Below, piece by piece: positions 56,149 to 64,000 of a DNA stretch of 64,000 nucleotides. The DNA is taken from NCBI GenBank assembly GCA_963703315.1, contig OY969811.1:480001-544000 (forward strand). The letters run 5' to 3'. Every line of letters starts with the position of its first letter. The stretch's first letter is position 1. The position numbers and the translations under genes were made by a program. The DNA comes from an uncultured cyanobacterium (lineage in GTDB: Bacteria; Cyanobacteriota; Cyanobacteriia; Pseudanabaenales; Pseudanabaenaceae). The notes below the pieces were generated by a model. That model did no database searches. It was not told the origin of the DNA and saw only the letters and a list, made by a program, of their open reading frames with translations.

Positions 56149-57348
56149 ATGGAACTTGCAGCATATCTATATGATGCATGGGCGTATGAACAAGCCAAGC
56201 AGGAATCTCCAGATAGTAACTTGCCGAATTCTGATCAGGTTGACATTCAGCCTTGTCATGACAAGGATTTGCGGTGGAATGCGCCTGTGATCAAGTGGCG
56301 AACTTATGTCCTGTCAGCGATCGCGGTGACTACTTTCAATGGGTTGGGGTTAAATCAGGCGATCGCCGCGAGTCAGTTGCTTGAGCCATCGGTAAATACT
56401 GCGCCTTGGTGCAACAATGTATATCTTTGCAATACCAGTTATGTCTTAGAAGTGCAAAGATTACTGGCGCAACGGGGTTTTGATGTTGGTGAAATTGACG
56501 GGGTTTATGGTCGTTATACCAAGCAAGCGGTAATAGATTTTCAGAGAACCCAAACTAATCTGGTGGTTGATGGTATTCCCGGTCAGCAAACCTTAGCTTT
56601 GCTCAGAAATTCACCACAGATATTTTTCCAAAATGGAACAAATCAGACAAATCCTCCATCTAACAGTAGCGATCGCTGGAGGCAGACAGTTACGGTGCGC
56701 CCTTCACAACCAATGAATATGCAGACTATTCAATCCGTCGATATTCAGCGCTCATTAGGAGAGGAGGTTGGTAATTTGCAAATTCTGCTCAAACAAAGAG
56801 GATTTTATGAAGGTGAAATCGATGGACAGCAAGGAAAATCGACAACTGATGCGATCCTCAAAGCCCAAAGAGCGTATGGACTGCCTCTAGATGGTTTTGC
56901 AGGCCCTGTAACAATTAGATCCTTACTAGCAGGTGGTCAGAATATGGCGTTTTCTCAATCTGCGATCGCGGCATCGCCATCATCTCAAGATGTTTGGGAT
57001 ACCCAACTATTACTCAAAGAGAGAGGCTTTTATGAAGCAGAGGTGGATGGTGTGTATAGTCTTCGCACGAGAGCGAGTATTTTAAAAGCGCAACTGGCTT
57101 ATGGACAAACATCAACAGGGGATTGGAGTCCCGAATTGATGGCTTTTCTTAAAGCCCAAACCAATCTACCAATTAATGCTCGCACTGTCCCTAATCAAAA
57201 TCAAACTAATCAAAATCTGCTTTCTAGCCCTAACTATACTCAACCCAATCGTCCAACTAATCAAGATACTGGTTTACAAGCCAATAGTAATTCTCAATCA
57301 CCCATTTCGCGCCAAAACTTACCTGCTAAAGCTTCAAATTCTTCCTAA
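56149..57348 (+). CDS. Peptidoglycan-binding (PG_binding_1, three repeats) protein
   Basis: VQRLLAQRGF...IDGVYG..T..AVIDFQ...DGIPGQQT-type repeats; probable start MELAAY, as the ORF-track start lies inside a palindrome. Confidence 0.85.
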   Translation: MELAAYLYDAWAYEQAKQESPDSNLPNSDQVDIQPCHDKDLRWNAPVIKWRTYVLSAIAVTTFNGLGLNQAIAASQLLEPSVNTAPWCNNVYLCNTSYVLEVQRLLAQRGFDVGEIDGVYGRYTKQAVIDFQRTQTNLVVDGIPGQQTLALLRNSPQIFFQNGTNQTNPPSNSSDRWRQTVTVRPSQPMNMQTIQSVDIQRSLGEEVGNLQILLKQRGFYEGEIDGQQGKSTTDAILKAQRAYGLPLDGFAGPVTIRSLLAGGQNMAFSQSAIAASPSSQDVWDTQLLLKERGFYEAEVDGVYSLRTRASILKAQLAYGQTSTGDWSPELMAFLKAQTNLPINARTVPNQNQTNQNLLSSPNYTQPNRPTNQDTGLQANSNSQSPISRQNLPAKASNSS

Positions 57349-57441
57349 CTAAACAATTATCCCTACTTACTTGATTTTCCCAATCATTGCCATTCAAAAT
57401 CTCTTTTTTCAGTCTCAATTTAACTTCAATAAGGTCTAATT

Positions 57442-59325
57442 ATGGAACTCTTAGCTTATATCCAAGAAGAATTTATCCGTGATGATCAAGCGATCGCTAC
57501 GGAAATCTCGACCAGTGATAATTCTTCGGTCAGTCTTGAATCTAGTTTCCAAGCTTGGCTCAAGAAGTTAACTACCAAATCCGCTAAACTCAGCTTAAAT
57601 GTCATCCTCGCTAGCACTACCATCCTGATTGGTTTAGGCTCCACCCTCACCGCGGTAGCCCAGTCAGCCCCATCCTCTGACATCAAGTACGTCCAATCAT
57701 TACTAGCCAAAAATGGATTTGATCCTGGGGCGATCGATGGTGTCGCGGGAGCATCGACGAAAAATGCCATTCTCCGCGCTCAAAAAGCTTTTGGAATAAC
57801 TACCGATGGTGTAGTTGGTAGCCAAACGATCGCTGCTCTCGAAAATGGTGGCATCGGCATAAACACTGAGAAAACCGCAGCAGTTGCCCTCGAAACTACG
57901 GCTCTAGATACCACGGTACAGGCTTCATCATCGGTGATGAATCTTCAGAAATTGTTAGCCGATCGCGGTTTTTACAATGGTACTGTCGATGGAATTGCAG
58001 GGGCAAAAACCCGTGAAGCGATCATTGCGGCTCAGAAAGCCTATAACTTGACCCCTGATGGCATTGCAGGTTCGCGCACTTTGGCGGCTTTAGAAGCCGA
58101 TGGTGATAAAACGACGACTCCAATTAGCTTAACTACTACCACTACGACTAAAAGTGCAGCAGTTGCCAATTTGCAAGAGTTACTGATCAAAAGAGGTTTT
58201 TATAATGGTGAAGCTGATGGTATCTTAGGTTCCCAGACTCGCACAGCGATCATTGCGGCTCAAAAGAACTATGGTTTAGCGACCGATGGCATTGCAGGCG
58301 CTCAAACCATCGCCGCTTTGGAGTCAGGAAGTAGTACTGTCAGTATTGCGGCTCAGAATCGAGATCTAGTCACGACTAATACGACTGCGGCTAGTAACAG
58401 TAGTAATCCTGATGTTTTAGCCGTACAGCAATTGCTGAGCAGACGTGGTTTTTATAATGGGGCGATCGATGGTATCAAAGGCGCAAGAACTAGTGCTGCT
58501 ATTATTGCCGCCCAAAAAGCCTACGGTTTATCTGCTGATGGAGTTGCGGGCGCTCAAACGATCGCCGCCTTGGAAAGGGATGCTCGACTACCAGCACCGA
58601 CAACAACTACCACCACGACCACCACAAGGACAACTACTACTGCGCCCACTGCCAGTTCAACGACCAAAGCTCCTGCCGTCAGTGATAGTAATGTTGCTAA
58701 TTTACAGAATCTATTGACCGATCGCGGCTTCTATAATGGTCCAATCACAGGCGTTATCGGCTCACGCACTAGAGAGGCGATCGTTGCGGCTCAAAAAGCT
58801 TATGGTTTAACTGCCGATGGCATTGCTGGCTCTCGGACTATTGCTGCCCTAGAATCAGGCGCACCCACGCCTATCCGTCAGCCGATCGCTACCACAAATC
58901 CCACTCCTACCGTAACTCCAAGTACTCCAACTATTCGAGTAGAAACAAAGCCACAGGTAACTCCTACGCCAACTGTTGCCGCCACAGTGCAGCCTACCCC
59001 AGCCGCCACTGTTAAACCCACGCCAACTGTTGCTGCCACAGTACAGCCCACGACTGCCCCTACTGTTAAACCTACGCCAACTGTCGCCGCCACAGTACAG
59101 CCTAACCCAGCCGCTAGTGCAAATTCTCAAGTTGTAGAGTTGCAGCGCTTGTTGATTCAAAGGGGCTTTTACAACGGTAAGGCTGATGGAGTCCTAAATG
59201 CAGAAACCCGTAATGCGATCGTCAGAGCGCAAAACTTCTATACGATTACCCCTGCTGACGGTTCTCCAAGTACTAAACTGATTGATAGTCTAAGCAAAGA
59301 TACATTTATTTCCGAAGGCAATTAA
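57442..59325 (+). CDS. Peptidoglycan-binding (PG_binding_1, six repeats) protein with Thr/Pro-rich linkers
   Basis: Six LQ.LL..RGFYNG..DG..G..TR.AIIAAQ..YGL..DG-type repeats; three TPTVAATVQP repeats. Confidence 0.9.
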   Translation: MELLAYIQEEFIRDDQAIATEISTSDNSSVSLESSFQAWLKKLTTKSAKLSLNVILASTTILIGLGSTLTAVAQSAPSSDIKYVQSLLAKNGFDPGAIDGVAGASTKNAILRAQKAFGITTDGVVGSQTIAALENGGIGINTEKTAAVALETTALDTTVQASSSVMNLQKLLADRGFYNGTVDGIAGAKTREAIIAAQKAYNLTPDGIAGSRTLAALEADGDKTTTPISLTTTTTTKSAAVANLQELLIKRGFYNGEADGILGSQTRTAIIAAQKNYGLATDGIAGAQTIAALESGSSTVSIAAQNRDLVTTNTTAASNSSNPDVLAVQQLLSRRGFYNGAIDGIKGARTSAAIIAAQKAYGLSADGVAGAQTIAALERDARLPAPTTTTTTTTTRTTTTAPTASSTTKAPAVSDSNVANLQNLLTDRGFYNGPITGVIGSRTREAIVAAQKAYGLTADGIAGSRTIAALESGAPTPIRQPIATTNPTPTVTPSTPTIRVETKPQVTPTPTVAATVQPTPAATVKPTPTVAATVQPTTAPTVKPTPTVAATVQPNPAASANSQVVELQRLLIQRGFYNGKADGVLNAETRNAIVRAQNFYTITPADGSPSTKLIDSLSKDTFISEGN

Positions 59326-59330
59326 GTCAG

Positions 59331-60122
59331 ATGCGGTTCCGTAACCTTGTGATTAATTTAGCGGCGATCGCTACTTTTGCAGCGATCGCCCTCAGTTTAC
59401 AGTTTCCCAAACTCAATCAAAGATTAAGTGGACAAACCCTAGAAGATACTCGTAAAGCAGTTAGGGACGAGGAAGCGCGACTGAAACTAATCAAACAATT
59501 GCCGCCGAGGGGATTGGGTTTTAATAACATGATCGCCAATTTTACGTTTTTGCAATTTTTGCAATACTTTGGCGATGATATTTCTAGAAATAATTTTCAA
59601 ACGGGATATAGCCTCAGTCCGATGTACTTTGAAAATATTGTGGCGCGTGATCCTAGATTTATCAGCAGCTACATATATATGTCATCGAGTGTGTCGATGT
59701 TTGCGGGACTTCCTACGGAGACGATCGCTATTTATGACACAGGGCTGCGATCGCTCGATCCCACTGTTCAACCCCATGCCTTCTCGATTTGGCGCTACAA
59801 AGCCACTGACCAATTGCTATTTTTAGGTGACTCTAAAGGAGCGAGACAGTCTTATCTCAAAGCCGCAGAATGGGCAGATATAGCTAGTTTGTCAGGTAAA
59901 GAATTAATTGATGATCCTAAGATGGTTGCAGATGTATCCCGTCAATCTGCAAAATGGCTAGAAGAAGATCGCGATCTGAGCAAGGCTCAAATTGGTGCAT
60001 GGTCAATGGTTCTGCAAAATGCTGTCGATAAAAAAACGGTACAAATTATTGCTAAGGAGTTAGATAAATTAGGCATGAAAATTGAAGTCCGCAATGATGC
60101 CTTAATTGCTGTACCCAAATAA
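59331..60122 (+). CDS. Membrane-anchored TPR-like hypothetical protein
   Basis: N-terminal TM; GFNNMIA..FLQFLQYFGD, DPRF and QLLFLGD motifs. Confidence 0.75.
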   Translation: MRFRNLVINLAAIATFAAIALSLQFPKLNQRLSGQTLEDTRKAVRDEEARLKLIKQLPPRGLGFNNMIANFTFLQFLQYFGDDISRNNFQTGYSLSPMYFENIVARDPRFISSYIYMSSSVSMFAGLPTETIAIYDTGLRSLDPTVQPHAFSIWRYKATDQLLFLGDSKGARQSYLKAAEWADIASLSGKELIDDPKMVADVSRQSAKWLEEDRDLSKAQIGAWSMVLQNAVDKKTVQIIAKELDKLGMKIEVRNDALIAVPK

Positions 60123-60128
60123 TTAATA

Positions 60129-60204
60129 TAAGTAGCTGGGCGCAATTAAACCCAAAACCAAAACCTGTGGCGCACGCGCAGCGTGCGCCACAGGTTTTGG
60201 TTTT
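60129..60204. repeat. TAAGTAGCTGGGCGCAATTAAA-shell element (partial) with ACCTGTGGCGCACGC palindrome
   Basis: aaaaccaaaacctgtggcgcacgc gca gcgtgcgccacaggttttggtttt. Confidence 0.85.
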
Positions 60205-60237
60205 AATCAAAGGGGCGCATCGCGCCCCTTTTGATTA
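60204..60237. terminator. Hairpin overlapping the DUF2996 stop
   Basis: taatcaaaggggcgc atc gcgccccttttgatta. Confidence 0.7.
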
Positions 60238-60642
60238 GTTAGCTGTCAGCCATTTTTGGGCATTTAAGCGTTGAACTACGCCAAATACGAGCAGATCTAG
60301 TGGTGCTTTACGCTCATCAATCAAAAATGGTTCAAAAGTACTAGGCGATCGCCCCGCATCAGCACAGGAAAAAGCCTTCTGAGCATTGAGATCGGACTTA
60401 GAAAAATAAACCGTAAATTGACGTAAACCTTGCGCCCACAGACCTCGTACTTGAGAATTAGCAAACTCCAATTGCAGATCATCCACACCATTCTTACTAA
60501 AGGCTTTGGTTAAAGCTGGTAGATAGTGAGTAGTAATGAATTCTTCAAAGGGCAATTCTTCGATCGCAGGAGGCTTTTCGACTTTAGGCTTAGCGGCAGG
60601 TTTAGCCTTTTGTTCTTCAGACTGTGATGCAGTTTCAGACAT
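60235..60642 (-). CDS. DUF2996 family protein
   Basis: KPPAIEELPFEEFI..HYLP, EPFLIDERK and VQRLNAQKWL motifs. Confidence 0.88.
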   Translation of the reverse strand: MSETASQSEEQKAKPAAKPKVEKPPAIEELPFEEFITTHYLPALTKAFSKNGVDDLQLEFANSQVRGLWAQGLRQFTVYFSKSDLNAQKAFSCADAGRSPSTFEPFLIDERKAPLDLLVFGVVQRLNAQKWLTAN

Positions 60643-60703
60643 AATTTTGAAAATATTGCTAGATTTTGTAATCAGAATAGAGTCTCTTGGCGGCGCTTAT
60701 GCT

Positions 60704-61054
60704 CTACTGAGCTTCAGTATTCACAATCTGAGGTAAGCCCATACTGTAGTTAAGCGATCGATGATTGAGGTTATAGGTGACTTCGCCCTGTTGTAGTAGC
60801 GATCGCACAAAATGCTCTAAATCCGAACCAATCCGACGCAAGTTATAATCCGTCAGATCTGCACCTTTATAGTCGGCTACAAGCTGATCAAACTTGCGAT
60901 ATACCTTTTGCAGAGCGCCATCTGTCCAATTCAGTTCATTGTCAGGATCGACATCTAAAGTGAGAGTATTTTCGCTATCGATGAGTTCATCATTTTCCTC
61001 TTCGATAACAGCAGCATAAATCTGGATGTGACGAGTTGTAGATTTGAGCGGCAT
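60704..61054 (-). CDS. ndhM: NDH-1 subunit M
   Basis: LKSTTRHI, LTLDVDPDNE, YNLRRIGSDLEHF and NYSMGLP motifs; probable ATG at 61054. Confidence 0.95.
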   Translation of the reverse strand: MPLKSTTRHIQIYAAVIEEENDELIDSENTLTLDVDPDNELNWTDGALQKVYRKFDQLVADYKGADLTDYNLRRIGSDLEHFVRSLLQQGEVTYNLNHRSLNYSMGLPQIVNTEAQ

Positions 61055-61140
61055 AGAGGTTTGTAACTTAAGTAAGTATTTAGGAACTAACTTTAGATTA
61101 TTGCAAAATGCGATCGCAACTGATCGATACAAGTTTTTTT

Positions 61141-61187
61141 ACCTAGAAGAGATGTGCGGCGCTTCGCGCCGCACATCTCTTCTAGGT
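61141..61187. repeat. Perfect palindrome
   Basis: acctagaagagatgtgcggcgc ttc gcgccgcacatctcttctaggt. Confidence 0.9.
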
Positions 61188-61246
61188 TTGGCGATCGCTA
61201 TGTATAGGATCATCAGCACAAAGTGTCAATTATCCTATACATAGCT

Positions 61247-61320
61247 AAAACCTGTGGCGCACGCACAGCGTGCGTCATCGGTTTTTGGGTTTTATATTTT
61301 TAATTGCGCCCAGCTATGTA
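61247..61320. repeat. Degenerate ACCTGTGGCGCACGC element with right shell TAATTGCGCCCAGCTA
   Basis: aaaacctgtggcgcacgc aca gcgtgcgtcatcggtttt ... tttaattgcgcccagcta. Confidence 0.75.
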
Positions 61321-61336
61321 AATAGCTCACATAACC

Positions 61337-61651
61337 ATGAAGTATTTTTTTCTGTCTCAAGGTTGGCGAGTGAGGAGAGTATGGGAGGTTTCAGGACTAT
61401 GGAATGAAATGGCATGGCGACGTAGACCGATCATCATTCTTATAGGTGTTTACCTTGTGGATGGTAAAGAGGAGATGGTTCTCTATAAAGTTGAAGAGGC
61501 AATTCAAGCTGTAGAGGCGATTCCAGAGGATTTATCTAATAGCCGCGATCGCATTGTAAGTAATGACGGTAAGGTGGCGATCGCTCAGGTACGCATTACG
61601 AGGCTATTATCTGCGGAGCAAGTTTTAGAAAGGATGACACCCCTACGTTAG
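61337..61651 (+). CDS. Hypothetical protein
   Basis: 104-aa ATG ORF (MKYFFLSQGW..RVW...GLWN..AWRR) in an otherwise empty interval. Confidence 0.65.
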   Translation: MKYFFLSQGWRVRRVWEVSGLWNEMAWRRRPIIILIGVYLVDGKEEMVLYKVEEAIQAVEAIPEDLSNSRDRIVSNDGKVAIAQVRITRLLSAEQVLERMTPLR

Positions 61652-61707
61652 AGGACACAAAATCAGGAAACGAGTTGCGGCGCTTCGCGCCGCAACTCGT
61701 TTCTTGG
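61652..61707. repeat. Palindromic element between convergent genes
   Basis: caggaaacgagttgcggcgc ttc gcgccgcaactcgtttcttg, preceded by aggacacaaaa. Confidence 0.85.
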
Positions 61708-61727
61708 GAGCGACACTTGATGTTTTG

Positions 61728-62186
61728 TTAGAACGGAATATCGTCATAGTCAGGGGCATCAGATGTAGGAGATGCTACAGGCACATAGGTTGATGTGGGT
61801 ACAGCAGCGCTAGGTACAGATGGAGTAGTGGCTCTGGGACTACGTGCAGGTGCAGCAGCAGTATCTGAAGTACTTGCGGTACTACCAGCCCCAAAACTAT
61901 AAACTCGCTGAGCAACTAGTTCAGTACGTTTTTCTTTGTAAGTACCGCGATCAACGGTATCTAGACGCAAGCGACCTTCCACCACCACTTGATCACCCTT
62001 ATGATATTTCTCAACCATCTCATCAGCCAAGTTATTCCAGCCTACGACCTTGATCCGATAAGGTGCATCTTCAGCCCGTCCACCTGCAAACTGTACTAAA
62101 AATGAAGCGATCGAGTTTTGATTGTCAGGCGTACGACGTAACTCTGGATCGGTTAGCACTTCAGCCATCAGGATAATAGAGTTCAT
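61728..62186 (-). CDS. ssb: Single-stranded DNA-binding protein
   Basis: OB-fold (DPELRRT, KGDQVVVEGRL) and acidic tail DDIPF. Confidence 0.9.
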   Translation of the reverse strand: MNSIILMAEVLTDPELRRTPDNQNSIASFLVQFAGGRAEDAPYRIKVVGWNNLADEMVEKYHKGDQVVVEGRLRLDTVDRGTYKEKRTELVAQRVYSFGAGSTASTSDTAAAPARSPRATTPSVPSAAVPTSTYVPVASPTSDAPDYDDIPF

Positions 62187-62398
62187 AGTTAATTTATCAA
62201 AAGCTCAAAGACTTTACTGGGATGAGCTTTCATTTTCTTAGATAAACTTAAGCTTATCTAAGAAAATGAAAAATCTGCATTTTGTATCATATCGCGATCG
62301 CCCAGCAGTTACCCAAAAGCTCAAGAAAGAATGGCATCCTTTTATAATTCTTAAGGCGATCTCGCCAACATTACAGCGCTTTGTGCTGACTTAAAACC

Positions 62399-62449
62399 CA
62401 GAGAAATTTTTGAAAGCGCGGCGAAGCCGCGCTTTCAAAAATTTCTCTG
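62399..62449. repeat. Perfect palindrome, same family as 14907-14957
   Basis: cagagaaatttttgaaagcgcggc gaa gccgcgctttcaaaaatttctctg. Confidence 0.9.
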
Positions 62450-62639
62450 TACTACTTTAAGCCCCAACAGGGTGTATCTTGAGTGCAATAGTTGGGAGAT
62501 CAGACTGTATACTTTGCAGAATAGTTTGCAGAGGAGAAAAAATTAACCATGCTGCAATTATTATTGTTCAATTTGTAGCGCTTCATGCCTAGACTAAAGC
62601 ATGAATATTTTAATTAGAATTTAGGATAGGAAGTACTTG

Positions 62640-62735
62640 ATAGTGCTTTTCAAGCAAGCGAGTTAAAAAGGATTGATTTCCCAGCTTCACGGCGGAGAAA
62701 CAATTCTGTACTTCACTAGAATGTGAAACACTATA
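62640..62735. repeat. Degenerate copy of the 32175 element
   Basis: atagtgcttttcaagcaag ... ggcggagaaacaattctgtacttcactagaa ... cactata. Confidence 0.7.
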
Positions 62736-62798
62736 GGCGCTTTATCCTAAATATCTGACTAGATATGCTAGATCCTAAAGAGTATCCGTCACGCAAAT

Positions 62799-63389
62799 AT
62801 GCTGACAGTTAATGCAATTATCATCAGTACTATAATTCTCGATGTTGGGATTCAGTCCGTGATTATCGACAGAATATTTAAAGCAAAACAAGGTAATAAG
62901 CGGCGCGAAGAAGTGGAAGAAGAAAACCTCACTCGCTATGAGTCCAACACATCTAATGATCAACCCAAGGGCTGGGAATTTAAAATTTTGCGTACTGGTA
63001 GCGGTGGTTTTCGCAGTCGCAAGGTTTTGAATAGGGTCTGTGCTGAGGAAGCTCAAGCAGGTTGGATTTTATTAGAAAAGCTAGACGATCATCGGTTACG
63101 GTTTCGTCGTCCTGTCACTGCCCGCGATCGCGATAACCAATGCAAAATTGATCCCTATCGCACCCGTTACGGCATTTCCGAGACAGTTGAAACTTGGACA
63201 ACCATCATTGTGTTATTGGCAATTATGAGTGGGGCAGCAGTTTTAGGATTTACGGCAATGAATCGATTTTTTGGTGATTGGCAAACCAAGTCTGTGCAAA
63301 ATGCGCCCCGATCTGGCAATACCGAAATTCGCCAACCACCCACTCCAACTACTAAATCTACCAATCCATCATCACCATCTCCACAATAA
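62799..63389 (+). CDS. Hypothetical membrane protein
   Basis: WEFKILR, EEAQAGW.LLEKLDD.RLRFRRP and DPYRT.YG motifs; C-terminal TM and Pro-rich tail. Confidence 0.75.
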   Translation: MLTVNAIIISTIILDVGIQSVIIDRIFKAKQGNKRREEVEEENLTRYESNTSNDQPKGWEFKILRTGSGGFRSRKVLNRVCAEEAQAGWILLEKLDDHRLRFRRPVTARDRDNQCKIDPYRTRYGISETVETWTTIIVLLAIMSGAAVLGFTAMNRFFGDWQTKSVQNAPRSGNTEIRQPPTPTTKSTNPSSPSPQ

Positions 63390-64000
63390 TGAAAGCAATT
63401 TTGATGACCGCAGCAGGTGATCCCCATGTATTGCAGCTTGCGGATATTCCTGAACCCATAATTCAATCCCCAACGGAAATTTTGGTACGACTGAAAGCCG
63501 CAGGCATTAATCCTATTGACACCAAATTACGCAGTCGCGGTACATTTCAACCCGATCGCCTGCCGTCAATTCTTGGCTGTGATGGTGCAGGAATTGTCGA
63601 AGCGATCGGTACAGATGTCACCAAATTTAAGGTTGGCGATGAGGTGTACTTTTGCAATGGTGGCTTAGGAGCGCATCAAGGTAACTATGCCGAACTAACC
63701 ACCATTGACGAAAAATTTGCTGCCCATAAACCTCAATCCCTAAGTTTTGAGCAAGCTGCTGCTGCCCCATTAGTAATCCTCACCGCATGGGAAGCACTAT
63801 ACGATCGCGGCAGTCTCGGATCATCAGCTAATAGCCATGTCCTGATTCACGCAGGTGCGGGTGGTGTCGGTCATGTAGCGATTCAGTTAGCTAAACTGAG
63901 AGGCGCAAATGTCAGTACAACTGTTGGCTCTGAAGCTAAGGCAAGATTTGCAAGGGATTTGGGGGCAGATTTACCAATTCTCTATAAACAAACTGATTTT
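63389..64000 (+). CDS. MDR-family quinone oxidoreductase/zinc-type alcohol dehydrogenase-like protein, 3'-truncated by the window edge
   Basis: Not in the ORF track. ATG at 63389 overlaps the upstream TAA: MKAILMTAAG..., AAGINPIDTK, ILGCDGAG, VLIHAGAGGVGHVAIQLAK. Confidence 0.9.
   Translation, partial: MKAILMTAAGDPHVLQLADIPEPIIQSPTEILVRLKAAGINPIDTKLRSRGTFQPDRLPSILGCDGAGIVEAIGTDVTKFKVGDEVYFCNGGLGAHQGNYAELTTIDEKFAAHKPQSLSFEQAAAAPLVILTAWEALYDRGSLGSSANSHVLIHAGAGGVGHVAIQLAKLRGANVSTTVGSEAKARFARDLGADLPILYKQTDF

Overview
Core chromosomal region of a cyanobacterium. HIP1 (GCGATCGC) is very abundant, and the phycobilisome, NDH-1, ATP synthase and carotenoid genes are present; the sequence style suggests Pseudanabaena, which is an inference. 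Housekeeping genes include apcE, serS, crtB/pds, ndhCKJ, ndhM, heme oxygenase, gor, an atp operon lacking atpC, gap2, ssb and a 2-Cys peroxiredoxin. Four things stand out. (1) An AT-rich, HIP1-free three-gene island (DUF262, DUF3696 ABC-type ATPase, and an effector with a colicin E3-like RNase tail) resembles the Menshen anti-phage system and splits a SNF2 helicase/SWIM gene pair. (2) About 35 intergenic palindromes have 3-nt loops (mostly GNA on one strand), co-varying arms and interchangeable outer terminal-repeat shells, and some arms mirror adjacent gene ends. (3) An intact P-type ATPase gene lacks every catalytic motif. (4) There are several decayed or orphan modules (VapBC remnant, internally deleted Uma2, orphan DUF2283 and MSMEG_0570). 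I found no rRNA, tRNA, CRISPR array or intact transposase. All family assignments come from motif recognition by eye, not database searches.
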